Assembly (NCBI GenBank): GCA_951406725.2
Contig: OX597822.1
Coordinates: forward strand, 56,668,001 to 56,732,000
DNA length: 64,000 nt
Direction: 5' to 3'
From: Octopus vulgaris
Taxonomy: Eukaryota
In this document: positions 1-12,875 of the stretch, in pieces
How the letters are laid out: each line of letters begins with the position of its first letter
Numbering within the stretch: the stretch's first letter is position 1
The notes under the pieces: model-generated
What the model saw: the letters and a program-made list of their open reading frames with translations, nothing else
What the model was told of the DNA's origin: nothing
Database searches by the model: none
Translations under genes and position numbers: made by a program

Positions 1-2
1 CG

Positions 3-45
3 CCACTACAATTGTTTCTTGTCTTGATCGACAATCTTCAGGTGG
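3..45 (-). ncRNA. Minimal type I hammerhead ribozyme motif (Penelope-like element end)
   Basis: Reverse complement reads CCAC-CUGAAGA-UUGUC(GAUCAA)GACAA-GAAAC-AAUU-GUA-GUGG: stem I, full core, stem II, palindromic stem III (ACAAUUGU), GUA cleavage triplet. Same family as 19644-19773. Confidence 0.8.
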
Positions 46-134
46 ACTTCCAATAAGTCAGTTTCATGGATTTAATCCTAAATCTGATTTTTTTCCCTAT
101 AAATTTGGATTTATTCCCTAATATTTATTATTAT

Positions 135-425
<291 letters not shown>

Positions 426-691
426 TGGAGTGGTGGAGTGAGTGAAGAAGTGAAGTGATAGCGTAGTACGGAACGAATGAGAGAGATGAAGGAGTGTGAG
501 AGTGAGATAAAGGAAGGGAGAGGGAGATAGCGTTATACTGTCACTCACGTGGGTAGTGGAAGTGAGAGGTGACGAGAAAGAGCGAAATGTTAACGATGAA
601 GCGGGGAATTACATGGTTAAAGAGTTTGTTGAATTAAGAGATACAGAGAAACAGAGAGAGAGAGAGAGAGAGAGAGAGCGGGAGTAAGGGC

Positions 692-727
<36 letters not shown>

Positions 728-786
728 AACAGGGACAGAGAGAAAGAGAAACAATTGTTTAGAATAAGAAAATTCTATAATCTCTC

Positions 787-1197
787 TTTTTACTCTTTTA
801 CTTGTTTCAGTCATTTGACTGCGGCAATGCTGGGGCACCGTCTTTAATCGAGCAACTCGACCCCGGGACTTATTCTTTGTAAGCCCAGTACTTATTCTAT
901 CGGTCTCTTTATGCCGAACCACTAAGTGACGGGGACATAAACACATAAGCATCGGTTGTCAAGCAATGCTAGGGGGACAAACACAAACATACACGCACAC
1001 ACACACATATACATATATATATATACATATATACGACGGGCTTCTTTCAGTTTCCGTCTACCAAATCCACTCACAACGCTTTGGTCGGCCCGAGGCTATA
1101 GTAGAAGACACTTGCCCAAGGTGCCACGCAGTGGGACTGAACCCGGAACCATGTGGTTGGTAAACAAGCTACTTACCACACAGTCACTCCTGCGCCT
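787..1197 (-). mobile_element. Composite tRNA-derived SINE (tRNA-like head, CORE-like segment, internal TA/TG tract, tail ending in AGTAAAAG repeats)
   Basis: Head with A/B-box-like motifs (TGTGTGGTAAG...GGTTCAGTCCC); near-identical copies at 14034-14473, 25107-25502 and 39505-39910, plus many fragments. Confidence 0.85.
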
Positions 1198-2609
1198 ATC
1201 ATATAATATATTGTTGTTACTGGAAGTGAAATAACTTAGCAAAATGGGTGTTCCATTTTTCTTTTCTTTGCAATGGAACTGAAGCTAATCATGTAATCAA
1301 AAACATTGTGTATATTCTCTATATCGTTTTGTGTACATTAATTGTATACTTGCGGGACCCGTGAATATTTCACAGAATTAATGGTACAACTATTGGCTAT
1401 TTCTGAAAATTGTTATCCAAAAAACCTGAAAGTGTAGCCTGTGTTGTGTCTGTATGGAAAGATGGTCGCTCATTTGCTACTCATTGAGAAGCGAAAGAAA
1501 TTGGAATACGATGATTACTTAATGCACTTTATATATACACTTTATATACTTTATGCGTAATTTTGTAGACTTAATACACAGCAATCATAAAATAAATATT
1601 CACTCTTATTTTTTCCATTTTCCCCATAAACTAAATACGAATATCCCGCACGTATGGTACAATCTTTAGTTAAATTGCATATAACTGCCACGTAAATAAG
1701 CGTGAATGTTTCATAGAATTGCACTTATGCGCATGCGTTAAGTGATAGGTGATATAAAAAAACTTAGTTCAATTTTTTAGATACACTTTCCACTATCCAA
1801 TCATCACCCCACCACTAACTCCATCTCCACTACCACCATCACCACCACCACAACCATCATCATCATCATCTCTCTCTCCCCACTCGCTTTCCCTCTCTCT
1901 TTGACTTTCTTTAACCTCATCTTCAGAACATCACCCCTCTGTTATAATTATATTCTTTAACTCTCCGCTTTTACCTCCAACTGACATTTTTGTAACCACT
2001 TAATAAATATTACGTTCCCCTACTTCACATCATGGATGCTTCTCTCTCCCTCTTTTTCTTTCTCTCTCTTTCTGTCTCCCCATTCACCTTATCCTCTCTT
2101 TCTCTTTTTACTTTCTCCTTTCTTTCCCTTCAACTAATCACATGAAAGTGTACTGACGGGCTAAGAAACGCAATGACAAGCAAAATTATCAGATACCGTA
2201 AGATAATTATGATAAAATATTGTGTAATAAGTGATATGCAATTATATATTGATCTTGCAGCTTCAATAGAATTAAATACTAACATATGATATGTTTGTTA
2301 AGTATTCGTTAGATTGTTATTTTATATCTTTGTATCATTTATTGCAGAGATAAAAATAAGATATATATGCAATAAAATGTAAATAACCCTTCCTTTCTCA
2401 AATAGCTCATCTTATTTTTTTTTGATCCCGTTAATGCCCGTGAGTCCCGCTTGTGAGAAATTAAAATGACAAGGGGACAAAAAATAATGTCATGAAATTC
2501 GTTATAGCTGTTTCTACTACAAATGCAATGCACTCATAGCTGATCACTTGTGTATTACCCTATAATATTATGAAAGTTTATTTGGGAAAGTATTTACATT
2601 TTCAGACAA

Positions 2610-2692
<83 letters not shown>

Positions 2693-2948
2693 GACAGGGC
2701 CGACAAAAGCCTTGCGAGTGGATTTGGTAGACTAAAACTGGAAGAAGCACTTCGCATATATGCACGTAGTACATGTCTGTCTGCCTGTATGTATGTATGT
2801 ATGTATATAAAGATAGATAGATAGATAGATAGAGAGACAGAGAGACAGAGAGATAGAGAGAGAGATTCAGATGAATATGGTACTTAAGTTGGGGTACCAG
2901 AATTTAGTACGGTATTATCCATACAATTTCAAAATAAGGTGATGTGAG

Positions 2949-3016
2949 TCAAAATAAGCAACAAGGATATCCAGAGGTAATGCAGTACCTCTGGATATCC
3001 TTGTTGCTTATTTTGA
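2949..3016. repeat. Perfect 31-bp inverted repeat with 6-nt loop, abutting (TA)n
   Basis: TCAAAATAAGCAACAAGGATATCCAGAGGTA-atgcag-exact reverse complement. Confidence 0.95.
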
Positions 3017-3017
3017 T

Positions 3018-3075
<58 letters not shown>

Positions 3076-3838
3076 CGTCACTTAGTGTAACTAAGGTTGC
3101 CGACTCACCAACATTGCTAGAAATAAGAGTTGGCAAACCTTTAGTGCTGTAAGAAGAGCGCAAGATACTTTGTATTTTAACGTGTAAATGGACCCCCCCC
3201 GTTTTTTTTATCAAAAATTAGGTTAAGAACTATGGGTGTTTCTTATCCATGGATAGTATTGCAATCCCTTACAAAACCTTTTTACCAATTATTAAATCCC
3301 CAAAATTAGGGTGTTCCTTATACACGAGGGTTCCTTATACACGTTAAAATACGGTAGATATACTGACAGGGAAGGTAACTTCCCCATGACCGTTTCTAGA
3401 ATCACCAGTTTCGCCTATTCCGTAGGCATCGTCAGTAGTGACTGCTCAGATGACTAATGGCCGATCAATTCTGTCTACTAGCATATATATACATATTTGC
3501 CATAAACTTTAAGGATGATTTAGCAAAATGTTAACGCCTTACTAAAACTTAATTTAAACAGCTAAGTGTGATTTAATACCATAAAGGTAAAATTTAATTG
3601 TCACTAAGTGTACACTACTGACGTTGCCTACTGTAGTTTATTGAAACTATTTGATACGTACGATTCAGGTTTGTGTAATATATATTTTGAAATGTTTTAA
3701 CTGAGGAATATCCAGAGGAATAGATACATTTCTTATTATTTATCATCCAATCCTGAAACATACATTTTAAATAATATCGCGATACTACAATTTGGTTTGA
3801 ATTCATTACTATAACATTAAGATATATATATGTATATA

Positions 3839-4050
3839 AGGCGGCGAGCTGGCAGAAACGTTAGCACGCCGGGTGAAATGCTTAGCGGTATGTCGTTTGT
3901 TTTTATATTCTGAGCTCAAATTCCGCCGAGGTCGATTTTACCTTTCATTCTTTCGAGGTCGATAAATTAAGTAACAGTTGCATACTGGGTTGATATAATC
4001 AACTGTCCCCTTCCCCAAAAATGTCGGGCCTTGTGCCTAGAGTAGAAAAG
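3839..4050 (+). mobile_element. tRNA-derived SINE with Meta-domain-like central segment
   Basis: GGCGGCGAGCTGGCAGAAACGTTAGC head, B-box-like GAGCTCAAATTCC, then CTTTCATTCTTTCGAGGTCGATAAATTAAGT; many related copies near 22660, 29145, 40826, 41364, 46490-46780 and 47980-48820. Confidence 0.8.
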
Positions 4051-4369
4051 ATTAATATATATACACACACACATGCAAGCACCATATATATATACACACA
4101 CATGCAAGCACCATATATATATCGATACTATTATGTTAAACTGTCATATGTTCAAATTTAGCCGAATGCGATTTTTTTTTCAATATCTATTTTTGCTTGC
4201 AATAGCCGGTTTTTGACCAAACCTTCGTATCTCCAGCTGCTTCAGATACCGAGATATCAAAAATAGTCAAAGTGTTGTACAACGGTTTTGCTATGGAATG
4301 GTGAAACTATTTTTTTTATTTATTGAGAAAGCAACGACGTTTTGCATAATAGCAACGATATGTGTGTGC

Positions 4370-4418
<49 letters not shown>

Positions 4419-4470
4419 CATACACACATGAGAACATGTATGTATGTATATGTATATAAATAAGCGTGCA

Positions 4471-4543
<73 letters not shown>

Positions 4544-6039
4544 TATACATGTATATACATACATGTGTGTGTGTGTGTGTGTGCATATCTGTAGCTTGTT
4601 ACCCACCTCTCGACTTACTGAAAAAAGTACATTTTTTTAACGGAATTCTGTAGAGTTATGTTGTCAAGGGTGTGGATGATTATGATGTTAATGAATTTTA
4701 GAAAAAAAAAAAAAAAGCATCGTGAGCGTTTCAGATTATTCTCACCCGCAATTTGTTTAGCACCAGTTTTCGTAACTTTGGCATTTCTCACATTGTTTTT
4801 CTTGATATTTGTTTGAAACATCAGTATTAGATAATCTACACTCGAAAAACCTATTTCTGCAAAATGTCATTCGAAAATATGCAATTAAAGAGAGCTCTGA
4901 GAAAACTAAAGTCGGCAGGAATGAAAAATGATCCAAAAATCATTCATCAAAATTTATTTTTTAATGTTATCAGCATAATCGTAATCTACACCATTGGAAA
5001 CATACAAAATAACATTTAAAAATTTCACTCGTCAACCAAATTCACTCACAATGTTCTTTCCAATGCGGTTGGGAAGCATGCTTATTACCACAAAGACACC
5101 CCTGCGCCTATGTATACATATATACCTATTTCTTTACTACCCACAAGGGGCTAAACACAGAGGGGACAAACAATGTCGGTTCAAAACTCGCACAAAACGG
5201 CATGTATGTTTACAAAACGTGCGCTGCTATCTATTGGTGAATGATCAACTACGGTATGTTTATATCGTTTGTAGATGCAATAAATTGCTTATAATTGCCG
5301 GTAATAACATAAAGTTATACAGATAAGTGGAGGAATTAAAACAATATTTTAGTGGTAATTTATTTTACAAAAGTATTGCCTAGGCTAGGGTGCATCCTAA
5401 GCACTCGTGCATCTTATAGGCCATCAAATACGGTACATATATATAAATATGTGTGTGTGTATGTATGTATATATATATGCTTATATATATATATATATAT
5501 GTGTGTGTATTTATACTGTTTTTCCCCATATCCTTCCCTTTTTCTCCCCTTCACAATTTTCAATCTGTCTTTCTCTCTCCCCCTTTTCTCCTTCCTCTCT
5601 CTCTCTCTCTCTCGTTGCTCACATGTGACCATCGTCCATCTTTCTTTTCCTCACGTCACCATCTTTCTTTTCCAACACGACATTCTAGGAACTGGACGTC
5701 TTCTATCACTCTCTTCCATCTTTTCTCTTTTTCGAAGAAAATATTTCTTACAGCGTTCACTAATTCTCCCTCGTTCTGGTCTAACGACCCTCCATGTTTG
5801 TTTTCGTTCGGTTTCCTTGTATGTATCCACTGTCCTATTTTTGTTCCCATCCTCGACCATCCGTATTGTCGTCGAATGCTCGAAATGAGGATTAGATATA
5901 CAGTCGAAAACTGATGAAGGGTCGTTCTTTGTCTTGCTTGTCCTGTTTTCAATTTTTTTTCTCTCTCGTTGTTTGCGTATTTAACTCGCTTGCTTTCGTA
6001 TTTCATGTTGTTTACAGTTGGTAACGTCCTGTACACCAC

Positions 6040-6108
<69 letters not shown>

Positions 6109-6109
6109 C

Positions 6110-6242
<133 letters not shown>

Positions 6243-6249
6243 CGTATGT

Positions 6250-6800
6250 CATTATTCCATTTCATTATGAGTGGCTATTGCTTCTACCATATTCTGGGTT
6301 TTTATTTCTTTGTTCTCGTGATTATCCTCCCGACAGATTTCATAATAGAATGTGCTAGCTACACTCTTACACCTCGTCGGTAGATAATATCGTGATGACA
6401 TTTTCGGACAACTGCTTATGATGTGTATGATATCTCCTGTGTGACCCACACAAAGTCTGCATCGGTTGTCTCATTTTACATTTTTTCTTGCATCTCTATC
6501 CCTTTTGTGCATTAGATAGTCGACTGATATTTCCTGTTCCCGGATTGCAAAGGCATACCCTTCAAAGTGGGAAGTAGTAATCCGGCTATTGGTTCATGGT
6601 AAACTGCTTTGATAATCGATGTTACTATCATCACGTAGCTTTCTACTAACATATCCATGCACAGTCTTCTGCTCATATAAGCTCATCCTTTCATCTGATG
6701 ATACATTGGGGTAGTCGTGCGACTTCGATGGACAGGTATTCTCAGTTATCAGACAAAAAGTGTTGCTCAAGGAGCTACCTTCCAGTTCTTATGATGTTAC
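6250..6800 (-). mobile_element. Decayed REL-type non-LTR retrotransposon fragment (zinc-knuckle region)
   Basis: Minus strand reads TTSHFEGYAFAIREQEI...RCRLCVGHTGDIIHIISSCPK with an in-frame stop; matches the EG.IIAAQDQ...CxxC..HxxxxC region of the element at 33-37 kb. Confidence 0.7.
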
Positions 6801-7373
6801 CAGCCTCGTGTATTCAATGTATACATGCGTGCGTCTTTGTGTTTGTCATCCTCCACAACTTGACAACCGGTGCTGGCGTAGAGACCGATAGAATATAGAA
6901 TAAGTACCAGGCTTTATGAAGAATATCCTGGAGTCGATTTGTTTTGATTAAAACCTTTCAAAAGCCATGCTCCAGCATGACTGCAGTCAAATGACTGAAA
7001 CAATTAAAAGATAAAAGAAAAAAGACAAAAGATTTTCAGAAAGCTATGAGGAAACAAAATCGAGAGAGGTCACCAAAATATAAATATACTATATACAGGT
7101 AAGTATGTATATATATATATATATATATATACATAAAAGATGAATATTTATTTCCACGTTTATACTAATTTAAACGTGTTCTCCTTAATGTCCTATAAAC
7201 AGAGGTAGCATAGTTGACTATATGATCAGGAAGGTCGATTTGTAATCGCTTGGTTTTGGGTTTAGTCTTATAGTGCATCACCTAGGAAAAGTATCTTCTT
7301 CCAGAGCCCCAGGTGGACCGATGCCTTGTGAATGAATATGGTAGACGGAAACTGCGGAAGCACGTCATTTGTG

Positions 7374-7419
<46 letters not shown>

Positions 7420-7817
7420 GGCGTGTGTGTGTTTACGCGCACTTATCCTCGTGTGCGTGTCCCTCAATGCTTGACAACCGATGTTGGCTTGTTTACGTCT
7501 ACGTACCTTAGCGGTTCGGCAATAGTACTCCTAGAATAGGAGCCAAACTTTCAAATATAAATACTGGAGCCAATTAGTTTAACTGAACACCTCAAGGTGA
7601 AGAAGCCCCTGCAAGGCCGCAGTCATTTGACTGAAACAAATAAGGGCAAATGATAAAAGATATTGTTGATGTGATTGATTAAACATTTAAAGCTCTCCTC
7701 ACACACACACACACACACACACATACACACACACACACATACACCGAAATGTGGACAGCCAAACTACTGAAATCAGTAAGAGAATCCCTCTTTACAATAA
7801 TTGTCCATATAAAACCT

Positions 7818-8551
7818 GGCTGGTTGGTTGGTTGGTTGATTGGTTGGTTGGTTGGTTGCTTGGTTGGTTGCTTGGTTGGTTGGTTGGTTGCTTGGTTGGA
7901 TGGTTGGCTGGTTGGTTGGTTGCTTGGTTGCTTGGTTGCTTGGTTGCTTGGTTGGTTGGTTGGCTGGTTGGTTGGTTGGTTGGTTGGCTGGTTGGTTGGT
8001 TGGTTGGATGGTTGGCTGGTTGGTTGGTTGGTTGGTTGGTTGGTTGGTTGGATGGTTGGCTGGTTGGCTGGTTGGTTGGTTGGTTGGTTGGTTGGTTGGT
8101 TGGCTGGCTGGTTGGTTGGTTGGTTGGTTGGCTGGTTGGTTGGTTGGTTGGTTGGCTGGCTGGTTGGTTGGTTGGTTGGTTGGTTGGTTGGATGGTTGGC
8201 TGGTTGGCTGGTTGGTTGGTTGGTTGGTTGGTTGGTTGGCTGGTTGGTTGGTTGGTTGGTTGGTTGGCTGGTTGGTTGGTGTGTTGGTCGGTCGGTTGGT
8301 TGGTTGGCTGGCTGGTTGGTTGGTTGGCTGGTGGCTGGTTGGTTGGTTGGTTGGTTGGTTGGATGGTTGGCTGGTTGGTTGGTTGGTTGGTTGGTTGGTT
8401 GGTTGGTTGGTTGGTTGGATGGTTGGCTGGTTGGTTGGTTGGTTGGTTGGTTGGTTGGTTGGTTGGTTGGTTGGTTGGCTGGTTGGTTGGTGTGTTGGTC
8501 GGTCGGTTGGTTGGCTGGCTGGCTGGTTGGTTGGTTGGTTGGTTGGCTGGT
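7818..8551. repeat. About 730-bp (GGTT)n tetranucleotide satellite with GGCT/GGAT/GCTT variants
   Basis: Directly visible; gives rise to the spurious GWLV/NQPT ORFs. Confidence 0.98.
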
Positions 8552-9419
8552 TTCTCTTGCAACGCTTTACATCGTAAAGAGTGGGAAGAGAATAAAAGAG
8601 AGATACAGAAAGAGTTATAACAAATTCAGGATGAGTGCGCATATTAGGAATTGTGGCAGGAACGCTACACATACTCACGCATGCACGCCCGTACACACGT
8701 ACACACGCACACACATACACATGCACACACACAGTGAGATAGAAAGAATCATAGAGACAAAGGGGAATGAAAGGGAATAAATGAGTAGATATGGCGCGAG
8801 TCATACAAATGAGAAATGTGTTTTATTAATTTTATTTTAAAGCAGTAAATATTTACCTGATATTATCCATGCTGGTAAAAGTTTATTTCCGTATTCACTC
8901 ATCATATGAGTAACATGCTAATAAATAAATCACCATCCGCTCTCTATCTCTCTCCCTCCCTCTCTCTCTCTCTCTCTATCAATCTATCTATCTCTCTTTC
9001 TCTCCCTTCCTCTCATTCTGTCTCTTCCTCTCCCTCTCTCTCTCCATATACATACATATATATATATGTTATTTTATTCTTTTATTTGTTTCAGTCAGTT
9101 GTCTGCGGTCCTACTGGAGCACCGCCTTAAAGGGTTTTAGTAGAGCAAATCGACCCCAGGGCTTATTCTTTACAACAAGCTTAGTACTTGCTTTATCGGT
9201 CACTTTCGCTGAACCGCTGATTTACAGGGATGTAAACACACCAATATCTGTTGTCAAGCGATGGGGGTGGAGACTAACACAGACACAAATGCACACACTT
9301 ATAAATGTAAACATACATACATATATATATCAGGCAGAATAAAAAGTAAGCAACGTTTTGAAACATGAAATTTATCACAATATATTTCAAAATATTCGGA
9401 CATTTTATTTATTAAAGTA

Positions 9420-10406
9420 AGCACCATTACAATCAAAACATTTTGCCAACGAGCTACAAGTTTGTTTATTCCAGTAACATAAAAATCTGGAGTTCTGGAG
9501 CTGATGAACTCTTTGGATGCACTCTCAGCGCCGGCTTGATTTTTTAACTCCTCCTCTCGCAGAAAACCATCAAGGGGCTTGAAATAGCGATAGTCGGTAG
9601 GAGAAAGGTCTGGAGAACAAGCTGGGTGAGGAAGAATTTCGTAGCCAACCTCCCTCAATTTCTGGAGCCTCATTAATGAAACCTGTGGTCGAGCATTGTC
9701 ATGAAGAATGATTGGCCCCCTTCTATTGACCAGTCTGTGACGTAGGAGTGTCAGTTTTTCGTAGATTTTGGCAATTTCTGGCAATATGTTTCTGCAGTAA
9801 TGGTTTTTCTGGGTTTTAAGAAGTGAATGACTCCAGCAGTACACCAACAAACAGTCACCATTAACCTTCTTTTTGAAGGGCAGAGGTTTATGGAAGGTTT
9901 TTGGTGTTTCATTTTGGTCCAACCTCTGCAAAGAACGTTTATTACTATTCTACATAATCTGTTCTTCATCGCAAATCACAGTACGGTCGAGAAATGGATC
10001 AGTCTGTTTACGGAGAAGAAGCGACGAACAAATTTCATATCTGCGCATTTTCTGAATTTCGTTGAAATCGTGTGGTACACATTTGTAGGGCTCTTTTGAT
10101 TTTCCGATCGCATGCAAATGCAGGCAGTTTTCTGGCTAACTTGAAGTTCTTTTGCCAGTTCTCGAGTGGTTTTTCGTGGACCTTTCTCAATGACGGTGTT
10201 TAATTGACCGTCATCGATGACAGATGAGCGTCCACTTTGCTCACGATCTTCAAGGTTCAAATCTCCACTGCGAAATCGTTTAAATCATTTTCGAGCTGAC
10301 CAATCACTGGTTATTTCATCACCAAACGTTTCGTTGATATCGCGAGCAGTCCTTTTTTGAAGTTGAATAGCAAAATTGCTTGAATATCCCGCTTTAACAG
10401 TTCCAT
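9420..10406 (-). pseudogene. Mariner DD34D transposase pseudogene
   Basis: MELLKRDIQAILLFNFKKG start, EDREQSGR, HDNARP and HPACSPDLSPTDY motifs; split by frameshifts and stops. Confidence 0.9.
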
Positions 10407-10427
10407 TTCAGTTGATTGTCACAACGA

Positions 10428-11441
10428 TTTCTTTATTGCCCACGGGGAGGATGTCATCTTCCATGACGCTCAGCTTCGTCTCCCCCATCCGTATACAATC
10501 TATGATGTTTTCTAAATCAGCAGGGGCTGCCTGTATAATCATCTCGAGACCTTGCCCCTGCCAGTTTTGCAATTCCAGCGCTTGGGCTTGGAGGATTGTG
10601 ATTTTATCCTCCAAGCAGTTTATTATGGTTGCCACCAGCCAAGTGGGGTCTATTTTGGATGGGATGTCTCCTACCTTAAACTTAGAAGTCTGCCTTCCAA
10701 GATAAGTAGGTAGGAGTACGACCTCCGCGGTTTTTAATGATGTCGTCGACGCTTGTTTCACTTTTTTTCCCGTTTTAAACCTGACTTTTATTGTGGCATA
10801 CTTCACTTCTCTTGTGATGTTTGCCAAGTCATTCCAAACTGGACGGAGGTACTGCTCCACCGACTCCTTACTTTTTTCTGTTTTGCCCTTTTTTTGTTTT
10901 TACAACAAACGACTTGTAAATGACTGTGCATCGTAATGCATTATGAGTGGTTTTACTGGGAAGGGTAATCACAGTTTCGCTCCCCTCCTTTTCATCCTTC
11001 CTTTATAGTTTCCTAACTCGTCACTTCCGTAGTTAATCAACTTTGTTTTGAAATAGTAGCTACTGCTTCAAAATTGTTACCTTTTTTTCCTGCATAAAAT
11101 CTTCTCCAGCCGGCATTTTTATCAATATTGTATTGTTTTATATGCTTTTGGCACTCTCCCAAGAATTTGTACCAGGTTTATTACCATTTTTTAACAATTT
11201 ATCCATGTTTTGTATGTTTTTTTCCACACAATATAACAATATTTTTCCCCTTCACGCAAGGAGGGAAAAAGTTATCAAAACGCTGCCTCAAGCAAAGAAA
11301 TAGGATGTTTTACAAAAGACACTAAACAAAATTTCAACCACGTAACAATCCAACAGTGTAAATTCAACAAATTATCTATTAAACTTATGCCAAACATTTC
11401 GAACAACGCACAAACAACATTCACGATCAAGTCGGCCCAGG
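10428..11441 (-). mobile_element. ORF1(gag)-only L1/Tx1-like element, copy 1 (internally deleted)
   Basis: ORF 10408-10860 aligns by eye with the 62585-63667 protein (VKYATIKVRF..LLPTYLGRQTSKFKVGDIP vs VRHATVWLLF..FLPLYYGRKVIRACVCGLP); ends in CCCCGTGGGCAATAAAGAAA. Confidence 0.7.
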
Positions 11442-11456
11442 TGATTGTAAGAACGA

Positions 11457-12875
11457 TTTTTTTATTACCCACAAGGGGCTAAACACAGAGGGACAAATAC
11501 AAATATATAAATGGGGGCGAAAAAAGACAAACGAATGGGGTAAAGGAAAAAATGAATAATCAAACGGAATGAAGCCACTCGACCCCACATCTGAGTGACT
11601 TCATTTACACATTTTCTTTTACTATTTTTATAAATTTATCATTAAGGTAGTTTAAATTAGACAGCAACTTACTTGCGTTTGCTGTCACGCCTGTGTCCAA
11701 TGTTTGTGTCCCACAGTTTTCCATTAAACCAAAACAATTTGGGGGGGGTGTGCATGTTGGGAAGTTTTGGGGACCTGCCGTTTGCGTTATTGTCGGTATC
11801 AGGAGGGGGCAAGGAGAAGATTGGTAACAGCAGGAGGAGGGTGTGACAGTCGGGATTCACATTTTTTCCTCCTCCTTTTAGCTTGTGTCCATTCCTGCTC
11901 TTCTTCCTTCCCAGGCTCCTCCTCGCTTGTAGATGACTTGACCTGAGGCGGAGGTGCGACTTTTTATTTTGGTTCCTTTGCACTGGGTGGAGAACATTCT
12001 TCCTTAATGAGGCCTTTTTCCCCTACACATAAAACATCTAGGCGTCCTGCCCTCCACCATGACTCTCAAATTGATGCCCTCGTCGACCGTGATGGTCTCC
12101 CCCATATTTTCTAAATATCTCGAGACGGCCTGGCTCACCATTTCCAGGCTCTGCTCTTGCCAATTTCTTGTCAGCATTCCTTTTTCCTGGAGGACCGCAA
12201 TCTGGTCCTCCGTGCTAAATAGGATGGCGGCTACCAACCAGGCAACATCCACTTCAGGAGGATCTTATTTACTATTATCCGAGAAGCACGTCTTCTCTAG
12301 GGTAGCAGGAGCACCTCTTCCGTCTTGGGGGAAGTAACGGCATGCTGTCTAGCCACAGCCTCGGACGCAAACCGCACTTCCACCGTTGCGAACTTTCTCC
12401 CTCTAGGTAGGCAATCCACTTCTTTCCAAATGGGCCGCAGCTCTCATAGCCACCTCTATCCGATGCAGTCTTACGTTGTATATTTTATACAACACCGATG
12501 CTTTGGCTGTCCTTTCGGTAGTTTCCCTGGGAGGGGATTCCTTGACGTTGTTCCTCTCCCTTTTCATCATTTCTTGGAATCTTTCACTTCAAACACACAT
12601 CTTCAGACTACCGTCTCACTGCGTCTGCAAAACTCCTTTTCGTCTCACTCTCTATTTCGTCTAGACATTTCAGCAGCTCCTCCTCAGACGGCGACAGGTC
12701 TGAGTAACTAATTCTCTCCATTTTAACAGCGCTTCCCCCTTCAAACAAAGGGACAGCTCTAACAAAACTGCCATAAGGCAGCAAAACAAGTGTCTCAAGA
12801 CACTACAATTAGTAAGAAATACAACTCAGATTAACCTTCCGCACAAGCAAAATTCACGATCAATTCTGTCACAAA
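11457..12875 (-). mobile_element. ORF1(gag)-only L1/Tx1-like element, copy 2 (decayed)
   Basis: VMVEGRTPRCFMCRGK zinc-knuckle remnant; 5' end similar to copy 1; 3' end TGTGTTTAGCCCCTTGTGGGTAATAAAAAAAA; no RT or endonuclease remnant seen. Confidence 0.7.

Noticed and set aside
2150-2180. CTGACGGGCTAAGAAACGC, hammerhead-like
   Set aside because: Incomplete core and no stem II; cannot be supported.
3290-5437. Two AAATACGGTA-ending segments (near 3355 and 5435) as TIRs of one element
   Set aside because: Same orientation, so they cannot be a TIR pair; at most separate Tc2/pogo-like end fragments.
5905-6040. CTGATGA in a Penelope-like pyrimidine-rich repeat
   Set aside because: No matching GAAA/NUH half found downstream.
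7749-8804. 343-aa GWLV/NQPT repeat ORFs
   Set aside because: Open in nearly all frames only because (GGTT)n lacks stop codons.
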